The notes: generated by a model from the letters alone, not told the origin. Shown: positions 17,091-25,224, counted from the stretch's first letter. The stretch is DNA of 32,000 nt from Yeosuana marina (GCF_011762485.1 NZ_JAAKGI010000025.1:13228-45227), one strand, 5' to 3'. Numbers and translations: made by a program.

Positions 17091-17849
17091 ATGATTAAAC
17101 TTTCTGCTGTAATTATCACCTACAATGAAGATGAACATTTAGAAAAATGTTTACGTTCTTTAATTGATGTAGCAGATGAAATTATAGTGGTTGATTCGTT
17201 TTCAACTGATAAAACTCCAGAAATATGTAACTCATTTAACGTTACTTTTTCTCAAAACGCCTTTGAGGGCTATATTGAACAAAAAAACTATGCCGTTTCG
17301 TTAGCAAAACATGATTACATTTTATCTCTAGATGGTGACGAAGCACTTTCTGAAACCTTAAAGTCCAGTATTTTAAAAGTTAAAAATAATTGGCAATTTG
17401 ATGGCTATTATTGCAATAGGCTAAACAACTATTGTGGACAATGGATTAAGCATTCAGACTGGTATCCAGACAAAAAATTAAGACTTTTTAAAAAAGAAAG
17501 TGGTGAATGGAAAGGTATCAATCCACACGATTCATATAAATTAAAAAAAGGACTTACATCTGGAAAACTGCAAGGAGATTTGCTACATTGGATTTACAGA
17601 GATTACTCTGAACATAATTTAAAAGTAGAAAAATTTTCAACTATTGCTTCTGAAGCTTACTATAAATTAGGAAAGAAATCATCAATTTGGAAAATACTTT
17701 TCAGGCCTACCTGGGCCTTTTTTAAAGCCTATTTTCTAAGATTCGGTTTTTTGGATGGCTTAAATGGTTTGATTATATGTGTGCAAACTTACAACGTCAC
17801 CTTTTTAAAATATGTAAAGCTTTACAGGCTTTGGAAAACTAAACCATAG
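17091..17849 (+). CDS. family-2 glycosyltransferase (LPS-core type, KdtX/WaaE-like)
   Basis: 252 aa with LSAVIITYNEDEHLEKCL, VVDSFSTD and LSLDGDE motifs. Confidence 0.8.
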   Translation: MIKLSAVIITYNEDEHLEKCLRSLIDVADEIIVVDSFSTDKTPEICNSFNVTFSQNAFEGYIEQKNYAVSLAKHDYILSLDGDEALSETLKSSILKVKNNWQFDGYYCNRLNNYCGQWIKHSDWYPDKKLRLFKKESGEWKGINPHDSYKLKKGLTSGKLQGDLLHWIYRDYSEHNLKVEKFSTIASEAYYKLGKKSSIWKILFRPTWAFFKAYFLRFGFLDGLNGLIICVQTYNVTFLKYVKLYRLWKTKP

Positions 17850-17850
17850 T

Positions 17851-18609
17851 CTATTGTTTTCCTAAAAGCTTTTTCTTTAACCGTTTTTTTCTGTGGAACT
17901 TTTCTTGAAAAGCTTCTGTTTCTTTCCACATTAAATCAAATATTTTGTCATAGTCTTCTCCTGAGCATTTCGCATATTCATCGCTCATTACTTCAACCAT
18001 AGATTTATGTATGGTAAGCCTAGAAAAATTCTTGATTTTAGTTTCAAAATCCATCGGCTCAAAATTCATTCTATTTAAATCAACCAAATAAAATTGATAG
18101 TCCTCACCTACTTTTTTAATTAAAGTATTTCCAGGAGAATGGTCTAAAAAGTGAATGTTTTTTTGATGTAAACTATACGTAAATCTTGTAAATGCTCTTA
18201 AAATAGCATCATAGTTTGGAATATTAAAATCTTTCGTTAGTTCTCTATACGTTAAATCGCAATCTACTTGTTCACTAACATAAAAACTTTTACCAAACAA
18301 AAACGGACTAGAATATTCAAAATAAGCAATTGGTTTTGGTGTACCTACGTTAAGTTCTAACAACTTATTAGCATATTCATAGGAGCGTTGCGCTTTACTT
18401 TTTCTGAAGAATTTATAAACGATTTTATTGACTGCATTAGGTTTTTTAAATGCTTTAATATTTAATTTTAATTCATTAATAGTAACAATTTTAATAATAT
18501 TTCGGTTTCCTTCTCCACCTTCAATAGTATCAAAATTGTAAATTATTTTAGTAAGCTGTTCTTTAAAATCAGCTTCTAAAGCACTATTAAAAACCCTTTT
18601 TTCTTTCAT
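17851..18609 (-). CDS. lipopolysaccharide (Kdo/InaA/WaaP-family) kinase-like protein
   Basis: 252 aa with catalytic-loop-like HFLDHSPGNTLI (D-x4-N) and YLVDLNRM. It sits in the glycosyltransferase cluster. Confidence 0.7.
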   Translation of the reverse strand: MKEKRVFNSALEADFKEQLTKIIYNFDTIEGGEGNRNIIKIVTINELKLNIKAFKKPNAVNKIVYKFFRKSKAQRSYEYANKLLELNVGTPKPIAYFEYSSPFLFGKSFYVSEQVDCDLTYRELTKDFNIPNYDAILRAFTRFTYSLHQKNIHFLDHSPGNTLIKKVGEDYQFYLVDLNRMNFEPMDFETKIKNFSRLTIHKSMVEVMSDEYAKCSGEDYDKIFDLMWKETEAFQEKFHRKKRLKKKLLGKQ

Positions 18610-18637
18610 TCAATACAATAAAAACTACTTCAAATTA

Positions 18638-18671
18638 TTGCAAACACATTATATTTTCTGTTGTAAATTTG
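18638..18671 (+). promoter_or_regulatory. Bacteroidota-type promoter for tsaC
   Basis: TTG (18638-18640), 23-nt spacer, TAAATTTG (18664-18671). It overlaps the ORF-track TTG start at 18669, which argues for the ATG at 18699. Confidence 0.4.
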
Positions 18672-18698
18672 CCGTTGTGCAAATATAAGCTTCAAATT

Positions 18699-19259
18699 AT
18701 GAATGAAGAAATAAACAAAGCGTTAAAAACACTCAAAGAAGGCGGACTTATCCTCTACCCTACAGATACGGTTTGGGGAATTGGTTGTGACGCTGCTAAC
18801 AAAGATGCGGTTGAAAAGGTTTTTAATTTAAAAAAACGGCATGACAATAAATCTACTATTTGTTTGGTGGCAGATGACAGAATGCTTAAAAAATATGTAA
18901 AAAAAATACCTGAAGTAGCTTATGATATCTTAGATGTGACCGAAGATCCAATTACCATTGTCTATGACGACGCACAAAATTTAGCAGAAAATTTAATAGC
19001 TGATGATAATACAATAGCTATTAGAATTCCTAATGATGATTTTTGTTTTCAATTATTAAGACGGTTTAACGGAGCTATCGTTTCAACCTCAGCAAACATA
19101 AGTGGGTTTCAAACTCCAAAATCATTCAAAGAAATATCTCAAGAGGTTTTAAAAGGTGTTGACTATGTTGTAAATTTGCACCACGAAAAAATTTGCGGTA
19201 AACCTTCATCAATTATTAAATTAAGTAATGATGGACAAGTTAAAATAATTCGAGAGTAA
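18699..19259 (+). CDS. tsaC: L-threonylcarbamoyladenylate synthase (YrdC/TsaC family)
   Basis: YPTDTVWGIGCDA and VSTSANISG motifs of the YrdC domain. The start is taken at ATG 18699 (MNEEINKAL). Confidence 0.85.
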   Translation: MNEEINKALKTLKEGGLILYPTDTVWGIGCDAANKDAVEKVFNLKKRHDNKSTICLVADDRMLKKYVKKIPEVAYDILDVTEDPITIVYDDAQNLAENLIADDNTIAIRIPNDDFCFQLLRRFNGAIVSTSANISGFQTPKSFKEISQEVLKGVDYVVNLHHEKICGKPSSIIKLSNDGQVKIIRE

Positions 19260-19265
19260 ATTATC

Positions 19266-19282
19266 GCCACGAATGCACGAAT
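19266..19282. repeat. left arm of the inverted repeat bounding the GxxExxY cassette
   Basis: GCCACGAATGCACGAAT contains CACGAAT twice in tandem. It is the reverse complement of 19665-19681 at 15/17 positions. Confidence 0.6.
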
Positions 19283-19286
19283 ATGT

Positions 19287-19661
19287 ATGCCTAACATTGT
19301 TTATAAAGACGAAAGTTATGCTATTTTTGGAGTTCCTTTTGAAGTCTATAATAATTTGGGAAGTGGATTTTCTGAAATAGTTTATAAAGATGCTTTAGAG
19401 TATGAGTTTAAAATTCGAAATATTCCTTTTAAAAGAGAAAAAGAATATTGTGTGGCATATAAAGACATTTTTTTACCTCATAAATTTTATGCAGATTTTG
19501 TCGTTTTTGATAAAATCATATTAGAAATAAAATCAATTGAAAATTTGCATGATAAACATATCGCTCAGTGTATAAATTATTTAAAAGTTTCAAATTGAAA
19601 ATTAGCTATTTTAGCTAACTTTCATAAAGATTTACTAGACCATAAAAGAATTGTTTTATAA
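19287..19661 (+). pseudogene. GxxExxY-family (PD-(D/E)XK-like) protein gene interrupted by an in-frame TGA at 19596-19598 (ORF-track CDS is 19287..19598)
   Basis: GSGFSEIVY gives the GxxExxY motif, and ...DFVVFDKIILEIKS... is nuclease-like. After ...QCINYLKVSN the frame reads TGA, then KLAILANFHKDLLDHKRIVL and TAA. That tail matches the usual family C-terminus (YLK.S..KLGLLINF......KRIVL). Confidence 0.6.
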
Positions 19662-19664
19662 AAC

Positions 19665-19681
19665 ATTCGTGAATTTGTGGC
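19665..19681. repeat. right arm of the inverted repeat bounding the GxxExxY cassette
   Basis: ATTCGTGAATTTGTGGC. As RNA it would pair with the left arm at 16/17 positions, including one G-U. Confidence 0.6.
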
Positions 19682-19691
19682 AACAAAAAAA

Positions 19692-21116
19692 ATGAACTAC
19701 AAAGACGCATTACAACACTCAATCTTTAAGATTATATCGCAATCGGCAAAAGACCTAAATCTTGACAGCTATGTCATAGGTGGTTTTGTACGGGATTTTA
19801 TCTTAAAACGAGGAATACCTAAAGATATTGATATTGTTGCTATTGGGGACGGCATAAAGTTAGCCAAACAAGTTTCTAAAAACCTGCCTAATAAACCAAA
19901 AGTACAAGTATTTAAAACCTATGGCACTGCCATGCTTCATTATGATGGTATTGATATCGAATTTGTAGGTGCCAGAAAAGAATCTTATAGTGAAGAGAGT
20001 AGAAACCCAGTGGTTGAAAATGGAACACTTGAAGATGACCAAAATAGACGAGATTTCACCATCAACGCCTTAGCATTAAATTTAAGCGAAGACCATTTTG
20101 GAGATTTATTGGATCCTTTTGATGGGATTACAGATTTGAAAAATAAAATCATCCGTACACCTTTAAATCCTGATATAACCTATAGTGATGACCCATTACG
20201 CATGATGCGAGCTATTCGTTTTTCAACACAGCTTAGTTTTAAAATTGAAACCGCTTCATTAAAAGCTATTTCTAAAAACAAGCATAGAATTCAAATCATA
20301 ACAAACGAACGTATCGTTGTTGAACTAAACAAAATTCTAGAAAGCAAAAAACCATCATTAGGCTTTTTATTACTTAATGAAACAGGTTTATTAGATTATA
20401 TTTTACCAGAATTAACGGCATTAAAAGGCATTGACGAAATTGAAGGACAACGCCATAAAGATAATTTTTACCACACGCTTGAAGTCGTTGATAATATTTC
20501 TAAAAACACAGACAATCTATGGCTGCGTTGGGCGGCATTACTACATGATATTGGAAAAGCTCCCACTAAAAAATTTAGTAAAAAAGTAGGCTGGACCTTT
20601 CATGGTCATGAATTTGAAGGTTCAAAAATGGTGTATCATTTATTTAAAAGGTTGAAAATGCCTTTAAATGACAAAATGAAATTTGTTCAAAAAATGGTAT
20701 TTATGAGTTCAAGGCCTATTGTTTTGGCTAATGAGGAAGCAACTGATTCTGCTGTAAGGCGGTTAGTGTTTGATGCTGGAGACTTTGTAGATGATTTAAT
20801 GACGCTTTGTGAAGCAGATATCACCACTAAAAATCCTAAAAAATTCAATAAATATCATAATAATTTTAAAATTGTTCGCGATAAAATAGTTGAAGTTGAA
20901 GAACGCGACCATGTTCGTAATTTTCAACCACCTATTTCTGGCGAAATAATTATGGAAACCTTTAATTTAAAACCTTCAAAAGAAATAGGAATTATTAAAG
21001 AAGCTATTAAAGAAGCCATTCTTGAAGGAGACATTCCTAATGAATTTGAAGCAGCTCACGAGTTAATGTTAAAAGAAGGAAAGCGTTTAGGTTTAACTCA
21101 CATTAGTCATCCATGA
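19692..21116 (+). CDS. cca: CCA-adding tRNA nucleotidyltransferase (class II NTase with C-terminal HD domain)
   Basis: GGFVRDFIL...DIDIV, RRDFTINA and HD-domain LLHDIGK motifs. The ORF-track GTG 19677 lies in the IR arm, so ATG 19692 (MNYKDALQH) is preferred. Both tRNA genes in the window lack an encoded CCA. Confidence 0.8.
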   Translation: MNYKDALQHSIFKIISQSAKDLNLDSYVIGGFVRDFILKRGIPKDIDIVAIGDGIKLAKQVSKNLPNKPKVQVFKTYGTAMLHYDGIDIEFVGARKESYSEESRNPVVENGTLEDDQNRRDFTINALALNLSEDHFGDLLDPFDGITDLKNKIIRTPLNPDITYSDDPLRMMRAIRFSTQLSFKIETASLKAISKNKHRIQIITNERIVVELNKILESKKPSLGFLLLNETGLLDYILPELTALKGIDEIEGQRHKDNFYHTLEVVDNISKNTDNLWLRWAALLHDIGKAPTKKFSKKVGWTFHGHEFEGSKMVYHLFKRLKMPLNDKMKFVQKMVFMSSRPIVLANEEATDSAVRRLVFDAGDFVDDLMTLCEADITTKNPKKFNKYHNNFKIVRDKIVEVEERDHVRNFQPPISGEIIMETFNLKPSKEIGIIKEAIKEAILEGDIPNEFEAAHELMLKEGKRLGLTHISHP

Positions 21117-21562
21117 TAACATTAGTTAGAACTAATTCTGAACATTTAGATTTTATAAATCTAGTTAAAGATTTAGATGCTTATTTAAAGGTAACAGATG
21201 GTGATGAACATGAATTTTATAACCAATACAACCATATAAATGTTATAAAACATACCGTTGTAGCTTATGTAGATGACATGCCAGCAGGCTGCGGTGCTTT
21301 TAAAGCATTTGAAAACAACTGTGTAGAAATTAAGCGCATGTTTACCCATGCAGATTTTAGAGAACAAGGAGTCGCTTCAGTCATCTTAAAAGAATTAGAA
21401 GTGTGGGCTAAAGAGTTACATTATAATTCCTGTATCCTAGAAACAGGAATTCGGCAAACGGAAGCTGTAGAATTTTACAAAAAAAATAATTACGTCTTAA
21501 TTCCCAATTACGGGCAGTATAAAAATGTTACCAATAGTTTATGTTTTAAAAAATTAATTTAA
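21113..21562 (+). CDS. GNAT-family N-acetyltransferase
   Basis: 149 aa with acetyl-CoA motif A FREQGVASVILKELEVWA. Its start overlaps the cca stop (ATGA). Confidence 0.8.
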   Translation: MITLVRTNSEHLDFINLVKDLDAYLKVTDGDEHEFYNQYNHINVIKHTVVAYVDDMPAGCGAFKAFENNCVEIKRMFTHADFREQGVASVILKELEVWAKELHYNSCILETGIRQTEAVEFYKKNNYVLIPNYGQYKNVTNSLCFKKLI

Positions 21563-21566
21563 TGCT

Positions 21567-22583
21567 ATGAAAAAAGATAATAAAAAAGTTATTTACTGGT
21601 TGCTTACTGGATGCCTTTTAATATTCGTAATGGTTGTAGTTGGAGGCATAACAAGATTAACACATTCTGGATTATCCATTTCAAATTATAAATTAATTTC
21701 TGGTGTTATTCCACCAAGTAATGATATAGAATGGCAAGCAGCTTTCGATTTGTACAAACAATACCCCGAATATCAAAAACTTAACAACCATTTCAATTTA
21801 CAAGATTTTAAAGACATTTATTTCTGGGAATGGCTACATCGTGTAATTGGCCGTTTTATAGGAGTCGTATTCCTGCTTCCTTTCTTATATTTTCTAGCGA
21901 CAAAACAACTATCAAAAGCAACGATAAAAAAGGCAATCATCTTACTAGGTCTTGGAGCATTTCAGGGGTTTATGGGTTGGTATATGGTAAAAAGTGGATT
22001 GGTTGATAATCCAGATGTAAGTCATTACAGGTTAGCCGCTCATTTAATGACAGCATTTATAACCTTTGCTTATACCCTTTGGGTTGCATTAGATTTAGTG
22101 TTCTCAACCAAAAAAGAAATCAATATAGCATTACGAAATTTTATTCGCTTAGCTTTGGCTGTGCTTTTACTTCAAATTATGTATGGCGCTTTTGTTGCTG
22201 GTTTAGATGCTGGTTTTATTCACAATCACTGGCCTATGATGAGCGAAGGCAAATTTATACACGAAACGGTTTTTATTGAACAACACCCTTGGTACAAAAA
22301 CTTTATTGAAGGTAAAAGTGGTGTGCAATTCGTGCATAGGATGGTAGCTTATTTGGTTGTTATTTTTATTATTGCTATTTGGCAAAAAACAAGAAAAACC
22401 ACCTTAACTATTATGCAAAAAAGAGGTGTAAATGCGTTATTAATTATGGTAGGTATTCAATTTTTATTGGGTGTTTTTACTATTTTATACCAAGTTCCGG
22501 TTTGGTTAGGTGTAGCGCATCAAGTGGGAGCCTTTTTCTTGCTAAGTGCTATGATATTTACATTGCACCGTTTTAGTAAATAA
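21567..22583 (+). CDS. ctaA: heme A synthase (COX15/CtaA family)
   Basis: 338 aa polytopic membrane protein with about 8 hydrophobic segments. Conserved His-containing helices (RLTHSGLS, WEWLHRVIGR, FVHRMVAY, GVAHQVGAF). Confidence 0.85.
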   Translation: MKKDNKKVIYWLLTGCLLIFVMVVVGGITRLTHSGLSISNYKLISGVIPPSNDIEWQAAFDLYKQYPEYQKLNNHFNLQDFKDIYFWEWLHRVIGRFIGVVFLLPFLYFLATKQLSKATIKKAIILLGLGAFQGFMGWYMVKSGLVDNPDVSHYRLAAHLMTAFITFAYTLWVALDLVFSTKKEINIALRNFIRLALAVLLLQIMYGAFVAGLDAGFIHNHWPMMSEGKFIHETVFIEQHPWYKNFIEGKSGVQFVHRMVAYLVVIFIIAIWQKTRKTTLTIMQKRGVNALLIMVGIQFLLGVFTILYQVPVWLGVAHQVGAFFLLSAMIFTLHRFSK

Positions 22584-22620
22584 TTCAAAAACTGTTACCT
22601 TTGCAACTTAATTTACGACT

Positions 22621-23133
22621 ATGATTTACAGATTTAGAGTGATTCTTGATAATGATACAGATGAAGATGTTTTTCGCGATTTAGAAATTCGTGAATCCGA
22701 CACGTTAGAAGATTTACATAATGTTATCACACAATCATTTGGGTTTGATGGAACTGAAATGGCTTCATTCTACATAAGTAATGACCAATGGGATCAAGGA
22801 GAAGAAATTTCTTTGTTTGATTTAAGTGAAGATGCTTCTGCTCGTTTAATGAATGAAACGGCTATAAATGATGTTGTTTTTGAAATGCAACCTAAACTGA
22901 TTTACGTTTATGACTTTTTAAGCATGTGGACATTTTTTGTTGAATTAGCAGAAATTGTTGATGAAGCAGAAGGTAGCGACTATCCTAATTTGATGTTTGT
23001 TCAAGGCCAGGTTCCTGATGTAGCTCCAGAAAAAGTTTTTGAATCAGAAGACTCAGATGTCTTTGATGAGTTTGAAGATGATTTGGATATTGATGATTAT
23101 GATAACTTAGACTTTGATGAAAACTGGAATTAA
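22621..23133 (+). CDS. MM3350-like / pRiA4b ORF-3-like domain protein with poly-acidic C-terminal tail
   Basis: 170 aa. The N-terminal IYRFRVILD...LEDLHNVITQSFGFDG...YVYDF pattern resembles that family. 18 of the last 40 residues are Asp/Glu. A TACCTTTG -7 box lies at 22596-22603. Confidence 0.4.
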   Translation: MIYRFRVILDNDTDEDVFRDLEIRESDTLEDLHNVITQSFGFDGTEMASFYISNDQWDQGEEISLFDLSEDASARLMNETAINDVVFEMQPKLIYVYDFLSMWTFFVELAEIVDEAEGSDYPNLMFVQGQVPDVAPEKVFESEDSDVFDEFEDDLDIDDYDNLDFDENWN

Positions 23134-23141
23134 ATTCTAGA

Positions 23142-24203
23142 TTACTTAAAACTATCAAGGTTTACATTCTCATAATTTCTAAGGACATATGCTAGAGCAT
23201 TTTTTATGATTTCTCCCATAGAATGGCATCGTTTAAATTTCATATCCATCGTATATTCATAAATTTTCAATTTAAGCGAATCGACATTTTCTTTGGTTGA
23301 AATTGTATCATCAATCATACAAACCAATAAATTATTAATTCTATCATGGTAACTTTTTAAGCGCTTTGCAATGATAGATCGTTCCTCAATTTTATATTGA
23401 TCGATGGATAATTTCTGAAAATTTTCAGATACTAATTTTACCATGACTACATTTTCCTTAAAAAATTGAGGTCTATAAATATTTATTTTCCCTTCATACG
23501 ATTGTTGGTCAAAATCAATAGCTCTTATTTTATACACTACCTGATCAAAATCGTGTGTGGGCACAATAACGTAGTTGTACGATCGCATATCGCCCAACAA
23601 TCTAATCATACAACGCTCATTAAACTTAACGAACTCTTTAGCTATTTGAGATTTTTCAGATTTGGAACATTTAGGCAACATGTTTTTAATAAATTCATCC
23701 CCTGGAATACCAGAAATATGTTCTTCAATCAACGTGTCTTTATATACCAAAAAATTTAAGTTATAGGGAGATAACATATGCTCTAACTCCAACCCATAAA
23801 TACGAGACGCATCCGCTTTTTTAATATAGAAATAAGTGAAATTATCATTTAGAATATTCCTAACTTTTATCCTGAATGGTTTAGAATTTCCGAATGTACA
23901 ATAATCTATGGCGTCCACATTAAGAAATGGAATAGAGCTTTCATTTCCATCAGAATGTAAAATAGTATACACCTTTTTTAGGCTTAAATCAATTTCTTCG
24001 CGCTCAAACTCACTAAAATATACCCGAATCCAAAGTGTATCATTTTCAAATTTATCATAGACCGTAATAGAGCCTTGAAATCTTAATAAATCATCATAAA
24101 AAATAGGAAGCTTAATATTTCTGTTATATTCAGAAAGATAATCATGTAGCTTAGCACTAACCGGATAGGAGGGTTTCTTTTTTGAAATTTTTAAATCTTC
24201 CAT
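23142..24203 (-). CDS. uncharacterised cytoplasmic protein with a protein-kinase-like motif set
   Basis: 353 aa with no signal peptide or TM segment. Ordered motifs: YFYIKK, LELEHM, LIEEHISG, LLGDMRSYN (D-x4-N) and IRAIDFDQ. A TAAATTTG -7 box on the minus strand lies at 24253-24260. Coding status is confident; function is not. Confidence 0.5.
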   Translation of the reverse strand: MEDLKISKKKPSYPVSAKLHDYLSEYNRNIKLPIFYDDLLRFQGSITVYDKFENDTLWIRVYFSEFEREEIDLSLKKVYTILHSDGNESSIPFLNVDAIDYCTFGNSKPFRIKVRNILNDNFTYFYIKKADASRIYGLELEHMLSPYNLNFLVYKDTLIEEHISGIPGDEFIKNMLPKCSKSEKSQIAKEFVKFNERCMIRLLGDMRSYNYVIVPTHDFDQVVYKIRAIDFDQQSYEGKINIYRPQFFKENVVMVKLVSENFQKLSIDQYKIEERSIIAKRLKSYHDRINNLLVCMIDDTISTKENVDSLKLKIYEYTMDMKFKRCHSMGEIIKNALAYVLRNYENVNLDSFK

Positions 24204-24326
24204 TCTAAAACTATTGAAATTTAAACCTTATTTTTATAAAATGTGAATGTAACAAATTTACATAACTATCGTCATACTTAATAACTAACCTGTTGATTTT
24301 AGTTCAACATCAAAAAATACTTTATT

Positions 24327-25223
24327 TTGGAGTCTATCCTCACAATTAACAATCTAACAAAAAAATTTGGTTATTTAACGGCTGTTAAAGATTTATCTTT
24401 TACCATAAAAAAAGGAAATGTTTACGGTATTTTAGGACCAAATGGAAGCGGTAAATCAACAACCTTGGGGGTTGTTTTAAACGTTGTAAATAAAACATCT
24501 GGTGATTTCCATTGGTTTGATGGAAACATATCAACTCATAACGCTTTAAAAAAAGTAGGTGCTATTATTGAGCGACCTAATTTTTATCCTTATATGACGG
24601 CGTATCAAAACTTAAAACTTGTTTGCCAAATTAAAGGTGTCGACTATAATAAAATAGATGAAAAACTTGAAACTGTTGAATTATTAGATAGAAAAAACAG
24701 TAAATTCAGCACGTTTTCATTAGGCATGAAACAACGATTAGCCATTGCTTCTGCACTATTGAATGATCCTGAAATTTTAATTCTTGATGAGCCTACTAAC
24801 GGCTTAGACCCAAAAGGCATCCATCAAATTCGAGAAATAATAAAAGAGATTGCTAGCACAGGAACTACTATCTTACTAGCATCACATTTGCTTGACGAGG
24901 TTGAAAAAGTATGTACTCACGTGGTTGTATTGCGTAAAGGCGAAAAGCTGTACTCTGGCAAAGTAGATGAAATGACATCCAGTTATGGCTTTTTTGAATT
25001 GAAATGTGACAAAGAAGATGAACTTGTCAAATTTTTAGAAACTCACAAAACCTTCGGAAACATCAAAGTAAAAGATCATTTAATAACAGCTTTTTTAAAC
25101 GAACCCTTAGAGTCTGCCTCCTTTAATAAATTACTCTTTGAGCAAGGTTTTACACTATCGCACTTAGTGCAACGTAAAGAAAGTTTAGAAGAACAATTCT
25201 TAACCCTAACCAACAATAAATAA
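24327..25223 (+). CDS. ABC transporter ATP-binding protein (ABC-2 exporter type)
   Basis: Walker A GPNGSGKST, signature FSLGMKQRL, Walker B ILILDEPTNGLD, H-loop LASHLL. The start is TTG, and no ATG lies between the in-frame TAG at 24300-24302 and the Walker A motif. Confidence 0.85.
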   Translation: MESILTINNLTKKFGYLTAVKDLSFTIKKGNVYGILGPNGSGKSTTLGVVLNVVNKTSGDFHWFDGNISTHNALKKVGAIIERPNFYPYMTAYQNLKLVCQIKGVDYNKIDEKLETVELLDRKNSKFSTFSLGMKQRLAIASALLNDPEILILDEPTNGLDPKGIHQIREIIKEIASTGTTILLASHLLDEVEKVCTHVVVLRKGEKLYSGKVDEMTSSYGFFELKCDKEDELVKFLETHKTFGNIKVKDHLITAFLNEPLESASFNKLLFEQGFTLSHLVQRKESLEEQFLTLTNNK

Positions 25224-25224
25224 A

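Noticed and set aside
19596-19618. TGA in the GxxExxY gene as a selenocysteine codon with a SECIS element
   Set aside because: The downstream hairpin is only 7 bp with a 3-nt loop and 2 G:C pairs, unlike a bacterial SECIS. It is largely explained by the repeated Leu-Ala codons. No sel genes are in view and the family has no known redox Cys at that site. Pseudogenisation or sequencing error is more parsimonious.
19860-22576. Short alternative-frame or antisense ORFs 19860-20042, 21185-21367, 22079-22279, 22203-22385 and 22379-22576
   Set aside because: All are nested in cca, the GNAT gene or ctaA, which have clear family motifs. There is no independent support.
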